A stretch of DNA of 64,000 nucleotides from Sminthopsis crassicaudata (GCF_048593235.1 NC_133620.1:276287765-276351764), one strand, 5' to 3'; shown: positions 41,134-53,560, counted from the first letter of the stretch. The notes: generated by a model not told the origin, from the sequence alone. Translations and numbers: made by a program.

Positions 41134-43663
41134 TTAGTCCTTGCCTGGGGGAAGCCATCTTCGGTCTTTTCCAGCATTTCGGCGCCTCTTTCTGCTCAAG
41201 AAACTCTCCAACTTCTGGCTTCGCTTTAGCTTCTTGTATTTTTCAGCCAGTGCCAGCTGCCTCTGTTCAGCTAATATTAAGAAGAATCAGGAAGAAAATG
41301 TGAGCTATGGTAAGATCTCACCAGCTACTGTTTAGTTTTAAGGGACCCATGGGATGTGCTGGCCTAGTGCATCTCTCACTCTGTGTGGTCCCAGAAAGTC
41401 AAGAGTCCCTTCTACCATTCTCTTATTTTCTCCTCTCAGACCCTGCTTCAGATAAAAGCAGAACCTAATACCTGTTCTTAAAAACTTGTTCTTCACACAC
41501 AAGTTTTTCACCATCTCTACTACAGGGCCCTTCTCCACATGAGTTTTCACCAACAGACATGACCTGTTCAATCAGTTACACAATAGCCACACTAAAGCCT
41601 TGAAGGCTATTTCCTCTACTCACATTTCTTCAAAAAGTAAGGCCTATGACCCTGCTGGGCCTGGGCTCTCTGTTCCCGTTTCAAGGCCAGGCGCTGCTCT
41701 TGCTGCCGCTGCTGCTCCTGTTGAGCAGCCTCCTGCTGATCCTAGTGGAAAAATGGTCAAAGTGTATCAGATTCCATAAAGGAGAGGAGTCATACAGAGA
41801 ATATGTATGAATGTCTTATTACTCACCATTCTGTGGAGCAGTTGCTTCAGCTTTTCCTGTTCTTCTCCTGGCTTGCTCTTCTTTAGATGCTTTGCCACCA
41901 ACTGTAAAGCTGAGACCAGGGTTAGGAATAACCTGTATCCTTCTTATCCCTTTTATCCATAAATCTAGGCTCAAGTTTACCCTACTTTCCCCATCAACTC
42001 CCAAAGCCTAGTCCCTGTGTGCACCTCCTTTTCCTTTGCACGATACTCATTCAAAAATCTGTATGTCTTCTCAAACACTTCAGGATTATACTCCCCTGAC
42101 AAGTCATCAAATCGAGGGTCCCGGGCCACCTGTGAAGAATATCAAAAGGAGTGAAAAACAAGATCGGGCTTTTTCTTCTATTTTACCCAAACAGCCTGTG
42201 AAAAACTGTTATTCATCCATTAGGTGGCTATTATATAACACTGAGAGAAATAACAAAGTTTAGAAAAAGTCTCTAAAGTTACTTCATATAACTTGTAGAA
42301 GATGGACTGGAAAGTAAGGTGAAAGAGCAGGTTATGTATCAGAAAACATCGGATGGAAGAAGACTTTGAGATAAAACACAATAGTAGAAGTTCTTAACTT
42401 TTTTATGTCATGGACCTTTTTGACAGTCTAGTGACTCAGAATAATGCTTTTAAATGCAAGAAAGAACCTATGATTACAAAGAAAACAATTGTTTTGAAAT
42501 GCAATTTTTGAAAATGTTTAAGAAAAACTTGACTCCAAGTTAAGAATCCTGTCCATTAGCAGATAAAAGGAAAAGGATATTTTAAGCACAAGGAAAGGCA
42601 CTAACGAAAGCATAGTGTAACTGGAGACAGTGATTCAGTTCCTCAGGTGTTTTATGCATTACGGTGTCAGTTATCAAAGGCACTGAATGGCAGGTAAAGG
42701 AGCCTGAACTTTTTACTCAATGGGACAGTAGTAGAGACCTCCGAAGTGGATTTTTCCATAGGAACAATATTAAGTCTGATACCAGTATAAAGGATGAATC
42801 ATAGAAACAGGAAGTAGAAGCAAGACAGACAAAATGAGGAAACTATTAACAACCCCACAGGTGATAATAAGGATCTGTAGCAATGGGTATTAACACACAG
42901 AAGGTGATGGAGTGAAAAATAAACAAACAGGAGTCATCAACGAGCCGAGTTAAAGAATGACAAATACACAATCTTCGCTATCCTCTTTCTATTCCAACCC
43001 AAACAATGGGCCGTGGGAATCTTGTCATGGCTGAGCCCTGATTTTTGTCTGCTCTGGGGGTCCCACCTTCTTTCTGACAGGAACGACCTGCCGCAAAAAC
43101 GGCACCCGGGTCTTCGAGGACATTTCCAGAGGCCTGAGGATGGCGGAGAGGAAGAGTCAGGGGAACGCCGGGTAACACCACTCAGTATGTCCTCTGCCCC
43201 GCCCACCCCGTCCCCCACCCCCGCCATCCCGAGAGGCCCAGGCTCATTGGGGAGTCGGGTTCCTGGGCGGCCCGCAGTCCTCGCCACCTCTGCTTCTCTG
43301 CGGCCCCGTGATCCCGCGTGGGCGCCGCCCTCCGCGGCTGCCCCTCCGATCGCGTCCCCGTCACCAGCTGCCGGTACTGTTTGGTCCCCACTCGGCGCTG
43401 AAGCTCCAAGAGCTCCTCGAAGGACATGGCGGCCAGATCTGAAAGAAGCAGCCGCCGGTCGCTCAGGGGGGTGCTCGGCCCGGCCTGACTCTACCTGAGC
43501 CCTCCCGAGAGCCGCTTCTCGTTCACTCCCACCCCACATTCCCGAGGTTCCAGGATTCCCGCCCGATATCAGCAGACCCACCAGCCTCGGTCCCGCCGCC
43601 ATTGGGCTCCCGAGGCCGACCAGGACAGGCCATGGAACAGCGCGACTTCACGGGTAACGGCAT
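41134..43663 (-). CDS. RRP36: rRNA biogenesis protein RRP36, about 244 aa. Exons (5'->3') 43663-43582, 43438-43288, 43133-43067, 42129-42025, 41901-41827, 41741-41624, 41270-41134
   Basis: Translation contains MSFEELLELQRRVG, RPLEMSSKTRVPFLRQVV, VARDPRFDDLSGEYNPEVFEKTYRFL, GHRPYFLKKSEQRQLALAEKYKKLK..KRRRNAGKDRR. Exons total 735 nt in frame. The start is uncertain (ATG 43663 or in-frame ATG 43633). Confidence 0.93.
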
Positions 43664-43689
43664 TTACAAGATAAAAATGCCACTCCAAA

Positions 43690-43800
43690 CACCTCCGGCA
43701 CTACTTCCGCCGCGGCCCTCGAAGCACCGCCCCTTCCGGCGGCACATTTGGCTATCAGAACGAAGCGTTTGCCGGAAGTAGGCCCGGCTCTGCCCTCTCA
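43690..43800. promoter_or_regulatory. RRP36 CpG promoter with ETS/GABP motifs
   Basis: CCGGAAGT at 43772-43779, plus ACTTCCG and CTTCCGG copies near 43703-43739, in CpG-rich DNA just upstream of the start codon. Confidence 0.65.
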
Positions 43801-44739
43801 AGGCGGAGCCAAAGTTGGGGCTTTGGGTGCTGGAGCAGGTGTGATCCAGCGGCGCTGCCGGCCTTTTAACTCCAAACAGGTCCCCGGAGTAGAGAGGCGA
43901 GGAGGCTCCTCGTGCCGTAACTACCTTATGGGCAGGTGAGAAGGCAGGTCACGTATGTTGGGCCACGTGGGTGTCACCCAGTCCAGCCTTGTGCTAGACC
44001 TCTGTCCCCAAGTCCCGTGTTTTTCTGCACCCCAGGCTTGGGCTCTTGGCCCCTTCACCTGGCGGACATTACACCCAGCCAGCCTGAGCCCGCACATTTG
44101 TTGTTACACGGCAGCCGAACCTTTACTCTTCTCCCAGTGACTCCTCACATTCCGTGTGACCTGTGGTCCAAACCTAGCATCACCTGCCCCTCCCCTTCCC
44201 CCTTTCCTGTCAACAAAACGTCAACTTCCGGGGAAAAGCCGAGGCTACCTAAGGCGAGCTCCCCAGTTCCTCACTTCAAATAATGTCGTTTCACCCTGGT
44301 GTCCACTGCCAACCCTTCCATTTAATCCAGCGCCCACTGAGGACCATCTGCCCCAGTCCTCAGCTGATCGTCTCTCCGTAAGCTTTGGCTTTTCCCCGTG
44401 ACCCACAGTGAACTGAGAGTGCCAGGAAGACTTCAAACACAGCCTCAGTCACTGGATGACCTTGAACACTCACTTACCCTCTGCCTCTGTTTCTTCTACT
44501 CCTGTGGAGATGGGGATAACAGCAGCACCTACCTCCTAAGGTGGTTGTGAGGATCAACTGAGGCAATAGTAGTAAAGCAAAGGGTGTCCACACATAGTAG
44601 GCCCTTAATACTTGTTCTCAACTTTAAAAGGCCTTTACTTGACCCTACTCTCAAACTATCTTATCCTTTTCTAGTAGCCAGACCCTAAGAAAATATTTTC
44701 ATCCCCACTCCACCTGTTCCCAGGATTCAACAGAAACTA

Positions 44740-46045
44740 TTCTCCAGAGGATATTTTTGTGGTGAAATCCAATGATTTTCTTAGTCCATGACCTCTTCAG
44801 ATGCTTCTACACTACTGGCATCTCCTCCTTCTGGCTACGTTTTCCCTAGATTTTCAAGGCCCTAGACTGTTCTATTGTGATTCCCTTCCTAGCAGTCGAG
44901 TCTTGTCTCCTTTGCAGGATCATCTTCTATGACTTGCCTCCTGGGTTCCATGAGCATCTCTCTGCAGATTACTTATTCAACCCCCACCTTCTCTCCTGAG
45001 CTCCAGTTCCACATCCTCAACTGCCTATGGGACAATTCATTCTTACCTAAATGACCCCCTCAAACAATTTTGTGACCTTTCTCCCTAAAAGCACCCCATC
45101 CAACTTCCTTATTTTGTTGAGGGCAATACTATTTTTCTGATGAACTAAGTTTTCTTCCCCCCCACCAACTCTTACATATACAGCTAACCAGTTACCTAGT
45201 CTTATTCCGTCTTCATCCATATCTCTTCTATCCTTTTTCCTTCACTCCCAGGGCTACTAGCCTGGACACTCATTTCTCTCTTAGGTTAATGTAATAGCCT
45301 AATTAGTCTCCCTTCATCCAATCTCTTCCTCTCCAAACCACCTCTTCCCAGAGCTGCTAAAATGACATTCTTGAATACCATGTAATTCCTATGCTCAAAA
45401 GCTATGTGTGGGGGCAGCTAGGTGGTGCAGTGGATAGAGCACCAGCCTTGAATTCAGGAGGACTAAAGTTCAAATCTGGTCTCAGACACTTAACACTTCC
45501 TAGCTGTGTGACCCTGGGCAAGTCACTTAACCCTAAGTCTCAGGGGGGGAAAAAAAAAAGCTATGTATGGCTCCCTATTGCCTCTAGAATACAAAGCCCT
45601 CTTTTGGCACTTAAAAGTCCTTCACAATGTAGATGAAGCTTATTCTTCCAGTCTGATCACGTTAATTCCTTTTCACATGTTCTACATTCTATAAAAACTG
45701 GCTTACTTGCTATTTCCCAAAGATGTATTTATTTCATACTTCATCTCCCTGTTTTTGCACAGTCTGTTTTTTATACCTGAAATGCTATACTCCTTCCCCC
45801 ACCCCTACACACTGCACACCTTCAAAAGTCCAGTCAAGTGCTACTTCCCCTTAGGGGTCTTTCCATTATTCTCAGTTGTTGGTACCCTGAAAATGATCTT
45901 TTATTGATTTTGCATAGATCTTGCACTTACTTATTAGTGAATGTTGTATTCCCCCCAGTAGAAGGTAAGCTCCCTGAAGGCAGAGACTGTCTCACTTTTT
46001 TTATTGCATCCACATCTAGCGCATTGTAGGCGCTTAATAAAGACT
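44740..46045 (+). mobile_element. L2 LINE remnant interrupted by a WSINE1 (45411-45555)
   Basis: Ends in the L2 3' signature TAGGCGCTTAATAAA. The SINE is flanked by AAAAGCTATGT(G/A)TGG at 45397-45411 and 45556-45570. Confidence 0.7.
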
Positions 46046-46867
46046 GACTGGCTTTGGTGACCGATTGGCTCTAGTTTGATGAGAAGTTGAAGGTCCAGTT
46101 CCGATCTCAGTCCCTTCCCTTCCGAAAAGCAGTGACTTCTCCCCAGCGTGTTGCTCTCCCTTTTTTGGAGGGGGCATCAAACCTACCGCCTCCATTTCAT
46201 CCTTCCACCCTCCAGAAGGACTGTCCATGTGCCCCACAAACAGACAACACTGCTTTGGGTTTGTACACATTTTTATAAAATCCGCGCTGGCTGGTTTTCA
46301 GGGAACAGTAACAACCTGGAAGGGGTAAGTGGGTCAGGAATGAGGGGAGGAAGGGATCACCTGATGGGCACCCCTGTCCCCAAGGAGGGTGAAGAGAGGA
46401 TTTCAATTCAATAGCTCTATACCTCTTAGCTCCCGGACACCACTCATGGCTCAGGCAGGGTTAAGGAGGTGGGGTTAAGGGTTTCTCCTTAAGGTGGAGG
46501 AAGCAGTGAAGTTATGCTTAGATACTGATGCTTCCTCACCTTCCCTCCCTCAAACCCCATAAAATAGGTGGATGCCTCAAACAGAGGGCAGATGCTAAGG
46601 AACAATCAAAGGGAAAGATGAGATGGATGGGGGAAGAGCACCAAGGGAGAGGGCCTGAGCCCCAGGGGAGAGGAGATAAGGGGAGGGCCCCAGTACTCCC
46701 CCAGCTGCCCCTCCAAAAGTCCACAGCACAGAAAAAAATCCCTAGTCCAGCACCTCCAGCTGCAGGGGAACAAAGTCCAGGGGCCCATGGTGGCAGGCTC
46801 GCAAATGATGGGAAGGGGTGGTGAGGACAGCAGCAGGATCAGTAGGGAAGGCAATGAAGGCTTCCCC

Positions 46868-49800
46868 CTACCCATGGGATGATGCAATGGGGCGGCTGAT
46901 GTTGCTGTTGGTGGTCATGGCAGTCAGCTCCCACCTGTAAAACCGGGAAGGGCAAAGAAGGCAAGAGATTGGATTAAGGTAAACAGAACAAGAAAGATTG
47001 TCGTACACTAAACCCAATCCTTCAAGGCTTCTAAAAGATCAACATCTTACTCCTTCCCTCCTCCACACAAACCTAGGCTTAATAGCAATTGAACTCCACC
47101 CATTAGTAAACCCTATACAACCCACTTTCCCCACCTCCACATCTGTACTGATATCCTGTTTATATTTGTATATTCAAATGTCTGAGCACCTGGAGAAAAG
47201 TGTGTTCATGGATCTGGTGTAAGCAATCAAGAAGGAAGAAGCAAAGAACAATTTATATTGCTTATAATTATGCTAGAGTTTTAAAAACTCACTATAGTGA
47301 CATCCTCTTGCCTCATTTTCTCCTTAAGACTATCAACAAACTGGCTAAGCTATATGTACTTGCATCCACACTCACCAACTGCACAGTATCTAAGACAGTA
47401 CTAAATAAATGGTACAGGATAGGATGGAACTAAGTATAGAAGGAGCAGGTATTCTTGTCCTCTCTCCTGTACCTGATATCATGGGGCAGACAGGTCTGGT
47501 CCAGGTTATACTGAATCACAGCCAGTTTGCACAAGGTCTTCAGGCTGGGACCTGAGGTAGAAAGAGAGTCAGGAGCTTAGGAAAGAGAACAGCCCTGATT
47601 TCCCTGCCCTAGGACTGAGTCCCTTTTTGCAAAAGAGTTTGGGGAATGGAAACACTTACTAAAGTCTAGAATGTGTAGGTCGGAGTGGTCCATAAGATCA
47701 AACTCATCTCCTAGGCCTTCTTCAGGAGAAGGACTATAGGTATTGAGAAAAATCATAATAAGGAAATGAACATTCCACCAAAATTCTTTTAAGCAAGTAT
47801 TATAGTCTCATGTCCCTCCCTGATCCCAAAAGTCCCTCCCCCACACCCCTCATCCTGACCTAGTGCCTCCAAAGAGGACAATCTTGTCTCCCACGATGCA
47901 ACAGCACTGGCGCCGGCGGGGGCATGGCCCCTTTCCCTTAGGCTCAATCTTCTTCCAAGAGAAGGACACTAAGGAGAAGTTGTGGAAAACACCAAATTCA
48001 ACCCCCTGCCTATTCCAACTACTCCCTCAATGAAGGCCAAGTACCCAGGAGCCACTCTTCTCACCCTGCTTGACCCTGGACAATCCTACCAGTCTTATTC
48101 TATGGATTTGCCCACTCCAACATACTAGACCTTTACCTGGGTTGAACTTCCAGAGGTCATGAAAATGCCGATTCAACCTTGCATTGTAGCCGCCAAATAT
48201 GTACAGCTCCCCATTATACCCAACTGGAAAAGGAAAAGAATGTTAAGAAAAGAGATTTAGGAAAAGAATTTTGGGTGGGGGGGTGATACTCACAGGCAGA
48301 GTGGCTTCTTCGGCCCTCAGGCAACAATGGGGTAGGTGGACACTCCAACCAGGCCTCAGCCCTCGTGTCAAAGATACGTATTCGGTTACAATAGATCTCA
48401 TTATTGGAGTGAAAAGGTCCAAATCGGTCAGCTCGACCTCCAAAAACATACATGCGGTTGCCTAACATTGTGGCTGAGTGAAAGTCCCGCCACCGTGCAG
48501 GAGTGCCCTGAGAAGAGACAGAAATGGAGAGAAGATTCATTAGAAGAACTGGAATGGCTGTTTAAAGAAATAAAGTGACCATTCCTCCCGCTCCAACCTT
48601 ACAAAAAGAACAACTCTGATATCTTTTTCTACCACTTCTAAAATAAAGGTTCTAGTCTTTATTCTCTCATTGTTTATGGTTTTCAAGTCCTCCACTGGAA
48701 TGGAAGTGGGAACCAAGCATAAGTAATGAAGGAAAGGAAAAAAAGGGACTTGGCGAAATTCGGGATAATGTAAGAGCTTTAAGGAATAGTCTCCCCATTT
48801 ATTGTATGATTTATTGATCCAGGAATGAAAAAAATATATAAAGAGAATACAAAAGTACAGACCTTTGCCGAAATGAGGGTCCACGTCATGCTGCTGGTAT
48901 CCAGCTTATGGATATCATTGGAAAAACAGTCAGCCTAAATGGAGGAACGGAAATCCAGAGAGAGAGAAGCATAGAGAAAGAAAATGGAAATGAGAGGGAG
49001 AAAAAAGTTATTTCTTATTACCATCAAAGTCTAACAATCTAGTGAAGGCCTCCTACAAATTCCACATCCTTCTTTATATATATTCTTTAGTGTTCTCCAT
49101 TTTCCCTCATGGACTTACCAGCTGCTCGTAACCCCCGAAGACATACATGTTCTTGCCCAGGACACAGGCTGAATGTCCATCTCGGGCCCCTGGCACTGTT
49201 CCAGAAACCCTGGGTGTGAACCACTTGTGAGTATCTAAAGAAGAGCAGAGAATGTCAGGGTCTAAGTGGTCAATATTTTTCACTACTTCCTTGTCCTCTA
49301 GAGTCTTCTCATTCCTCCTTCCTAATATTTTAAGTTTCCCTCCTCCCCTCAAGATATGTACACAATCTGTACAAGTTCAGCAGCTGAGTCAATACTCACT
49401 GATATCAAAGCCATAGAGCACATTGCAGGCTCCTTCTGTGTCATTGCGTCCACCCCACAGGTAGACAGTGTCATCGATGAGGACGGCTGAATGTCCATAA
49501 CGCATGTAGGGCACTTCCCCAGCTTGTCCACTGGACCGCATTGGGGGCAGCTTCGTCCAACGAAGAGACACTGCAGGCATAGCTTCATTCAGATTTGGGA
49601 CCCTCCTGGCCTCCCCATCTTCCCCATCCACCTATGTCATGGATCTAGGATTAAAATACCATTCTTCTCCCTCCTCCTATAATGATGATATCTGTCAAAC
49701 TTTAATCGTCTGCCTTTTTCATCTTCCCTATTCCTATTTTTCTCAGAGCACTCAGTGCAATTTCAACTCACCTGCATTGAAGACATGTACATCAATCTGG

Positions 49801-49925
49801 CGTAATGTCTCATAGTCTTCTCCAGAGCAGTATCCTCCAAATGAATACACCCGGTGCCCCACAGCCACTGCTGCGTGATTCACCCTGCGGGGCCCGCCCT
49901 CCAGGTGCACCGTCCACCGTAACAT
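46868..49925 (-). CDS. KLHDC3: Kelch domain-containing protein 3, 380 aa. Coding exons 49925-49772, 49570-49400, 49234-49119, 48934-48863, 48507-48294, 48223-48137, 47968-47860, 47733-47660, 47551-47473, 46934-46868
   Basis: MLRWTVHLEGGPRRVNHAAVAVGHRVYSFGGYCSGEDYETLRQIDV...; kelch repeats; C-terminal SPSLKTLCKLAVIQY box; ends SRPIASSHG*. Exons total 1143 nt in frame. Non-coding exon 1 donor at 52448/52447; exon 2 acceptor at 49993. Confidence 0.97.
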
Positions 49926-51636
49926 TCCCCTTTGATGTGGCTATCGACACATGCCCGCACAGCTCGGCCAGCCTGCCCCGCTGTCTCTGCTACCTGTGCA
50001 GATACAGGTAAAAGGCCTTTAGACAAAACCTGTCCCCAGAGCTAAGCCCAATTCAGAATGCTTTGACTACCTCTGTCTTTCAGTTATCATTCTAGCACCC
50101 CTCCCACATCATCCTTCTTTGAAAAGATCAGTCATAGTCCAGGTGACTACCCCCACCTCAGGGGAGCTACAGAGGTCAGAGTTGATCCTAACTCCATTCC
50201 CCAACAGCCTGAGGCAACCCTGACCTAATTCTTCCTCAGTATAGGATACACTGACCAAAGGCTCAAGACATCTAAGGACTCTGGGGATACAGGGGGCCCA
50301 TATACTATCCCCAGATGGGGAAAAGCTCCTAGAATGATTCAGTGTGCTCCTCAGCTAGGGATTGCAGAGATAAGAAACAGATCCTGTTGCCTCTGTTACC
50401 AGGCTTCTTAAGTGCCAAAAGTTCTTAAGGATCCTGGGCACTCGCTAAAGTGGGGAGAGGGACACTGAAATACCCAGGGGCTATTAATAACCTAGCCAGC
50501 CTAGACAACCGCTGTAGTCTGGCATTACTTCCAGGAAAAAAAGCTTCAGGTCCTTGGAATGGGTAAGGCACTCATCTCCTTCTCCAGGCTCCTTGTCCTG
50601 GTTGTACCTTGAGAGGACACAGTGTGCCCAGACTCAGGAAACTCCAGTATAACTAGGGGCAGCTTGGCAATAATAGGCAGCTCCCACCAGGTTCTGTAAT
50701 TGGAGTACCTGGGACTCCCCATGGGCACAAGGAGTTCCCCTGACAGATGAATGTGGAACCTGGCCAGGACCAGGAACTCAAGCTTGTTAAGAGTATGGGT
50801 AGGGACAGGCTTTTGCCAAGCCATGTTGTCTGAGGGGCAGAAAATAACTGCTGTCACCCCTCCCCCAACTGGGCCCTGGAGGGAGTCTGGTAAATAGGAA
50901 AAGCAAAGATAGCCTTTGGGAGGTTAAGAACGAGACCCTGGCCACAGACTCGCTACCAAACAAAGCAATCAGGTGATTAACAAGCCTCTATTCAGCACCA
51001 ACTAGGCAATGATAACCATTTATGTTTGTGTGAGAAAACAACGGATATAATATGCCTTTGAGTCCAAAGGGTCTGCATTTAGAGGTTGCCTTTGAGCTGC
51101 ACGTAGTCTTAAAACCGAACTATAATGGTCTGGCAAGAACAGCAACTTGAGAAAATTAAATGCCATTTTGTTAGATTATAGTTGATGACGTCCCAACTTT
51201 ACGTATTATCTGTCTGACCAAGGGCAAGCCCCTTAGTTTTCTCGTCTAAAAAATGGAGGAGGAGGAACGACCCCACCCCTAAGATCCCTTCTCCCCTAAA
51301 TCACATTACGTAACATGTGGGCAAGTCATTTAACCCTCCAGTGTCCTAAGCACACTTCACGTTATATAAACTGCAGACAAATCTGTGCGTGCAGCAGTAC
51401 CAGGATTAGTCATTCTGACAGTCCCATTTGTTAGGACTGCAGTAGGGAGAAAAGGACGCATTTAGCCAGATGGCTTCTGAGGCCCTTTCCGACTCGGAGA
51501 ATCGGTTATTCCGAGTTTCCGACAGACAAAGATCAGAGTCTGGATCAAAACAAAAACAAATAAAAAATCTCCCCACCCACCACCCCCGGAAAGCTTCAAG
51601 GAGCTGCCCAGAATCCAGTGACAAAAAGAAAGGTCA

Positions 51637-51654
51637 CCCACCAGGTGGCGCTGC
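51637..51654 (+). promoter_or_regulatory. CTCF-like motif
   Basis: CCCACCAGGTGGCGCTGC matches the CTCF core consensus; motif match only. Confidence 0.55.
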
Positions 51655-51967
51655 AATCTCCAAAGAGAGTGGGCTGGGTTCAAGCACATCACCCCTTCCT
51701 TGCCCAAGGAGACCTAAGGGAAGGGACCAGCTCGCTCCAGGGCTCGGGCACACGTAAGCCTGGGGGAGGAACAATGCCCCCCCCAACCTGCCAAGGGTCA
51801 AATCTCCTCAGGTCTTAATACACGACAACCCCGCAGAGCAACATCCTCCCCCAAATACAGACTCCCTATCTCTGCAATACAAAGCAGCTGCTGGATCCAG
51901 GAGAAAACGACCCTTATCCATCACTCTTCCTCCCTCTCCTTCGCGATCCCCACGGGAGAGAAAAGGA

Positions 51968-51998
<31 letters not shown>

Positions 51999-52447
51999 CT
52001 CGCGTCGATCACCAGAGGAAAAGGAAAACGCAGGTCGTTCGCCACAAGGACAAGCCAAACTCTCGGAGGCGGAGGCTTCTTCCCAGCCTGAGGGACCTCC
52101 AGGCCCTCTCTACGTCCCTCATGCACTTACCTAGACCCTTCTACGACAATCCTCGGGATCTCCCTCCTTCCACTCTGCCCCGTCCTCCCTTCCTTCCAGA
52201 CTGTCTCCCTTCCCCCCTCCATCCCTCCAAGCGCACTCTCGGCCTTTTCTAGTCTCACAATACTCCCTTCCAAACCAATCCAATCTCTCCTCCCCGACCT
52301 TAGGGCCCCCTCCCTCCCCACCTCAGTGACCCCTCCCTGCCCCTCCTCCACTTTATCCCCTCACTCAATGCCCCTCCCCCCTTCCAACGTCCTGATCCCT
52401 CCCAATTCTGCCCTACCCTCCTCCCATCAGGCCCCGCTCCCTGGTAC

Positions 52448-52893
52448 CTGCCAGGCCGGGCCGGGGCGGGGCCCGCAGGTCCGCGAGCTCCCAGCAGGCT
52501 GAATCCGGTTCCGCTCTAACCGACGGGCCGGTCCCAACAAGACAAACACAAGTGAGCTCTCTAGTTCCGGTCAGGCAGTGGTTTGCGCATGCGCACTTCC
52601 AAGCAACGCTTCCTAAACCTCATGGGAAATGTAGTCCGTAGCATGAAAAGAGGCGGGAGGAAAGGAAACAGTATTTCTTGCGGCTATATACGTGAAGATG
52701 ACCCAGGAATATCTGGGTAATGTAGTCCTGCATTCTCAACACCGAAAGCGGGTAGGGCGTCCAGGCCACGTCAATCATTAGAGCAATTAGGAGTGGGAAC
52801 CAGAAGTGGGCGGAGCTGAAGGAACGTGTAATTCGATCCCACAATTCCGTCCCCGGAAGTCGGAGTGCGGGTTCGGCCGCGGGCTCGGAGCAG
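52448..52893. promoter_or_regulatory. Bidirectional KLHDC3/MEA1 promoter
   Basis: NRF1 palindrome TGCGCATGCGCA 52584-52595; two ZNF143/THAP11-type TGGGWAATGTAGTCC motifs (52623-52637, 52714-52728); ETS CCGGAAGT 52853-52860; outward-facing first-exon donors at 52448 (-) and 52893 (+). Confidence 0.8.
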
Positions 52894-53099
52894 GTGAAGT
52901 TCTTTCAGTAGTGGGGGAATCCGAGGGATGGGGGATGGGATTCTGCAGATGGGGCCGAGGAGTAGGGTGAGGAGAGATTCCCGTATGTGGAACCCAGAAG
53001 ATGGAAGCTCCCAGAGAGGGGTGAGGAGATCCCCGTGGGGAGCCAGAAAGAAGAGGAAACAAGAAGAGGGGAAAGCACATAGCAGAGAGCCCGAGGAAG

Positions 53100-53560
53100 G
53101 CGTTCCTGGAGTAGAGGGGACACCACCTGAGGGGGAACCAAAGGACGGAGCCCGGGGGGGGTGGGGGAACACGTTTAAGGAGGGGACCAGAGGAGGGAGC
53201 CCCTGGAGTGGAGGAGACACCATATTGGGGGACCAGCGGAGGGAGCTGTTGGAGTGAGAGGACACCATATGGGAAGAAACAAAGGTGGGAACCCCAGGAG
53301 TGGGGAGGAACCACATAAGGGGGACCCAGAGGAGGGAGCCGGAGCGGGGAGGACACCCTATGGGGAAAAGAGAGAAGGGAGCATCAGGAGTGGGGAGGAC
53401 ACCATATTGGGGAGACCAGAGGAGGGAGCCCTTGTAGTGAGGAGACCAGAGGAGGGAGCCCCAGTAATGGGGAGGACACCCTAGGGGGGGGGAGACCAGA
53501 GGAGGGAGCACCTGCAGTGGGAGGCCAATCATCCCTAGGAGGAGCTGAGACCTACTGGGG
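53100..53560 (+). repeat. Degenerate ~45-46-bp purine-rich minisatellite in MEA1 intron 1
   Basis: Recurring GGGGACCAGAGGAGGGAGCCC..GGAGTGGGGAGGACACCATATT; GACCAG at 53185 and 53231 gives a period of 46. Confidence 0.75.

Noticed and set aside
42937-43602. 221-aa ORF starting MAAGPRL as the RRP36 N-terminus
   Set aside because: Joining it to exon 2 through the CAG|GTAGAG donor would need a 56-nt intron and gives the wrong phase; the 43582 donor model fits.
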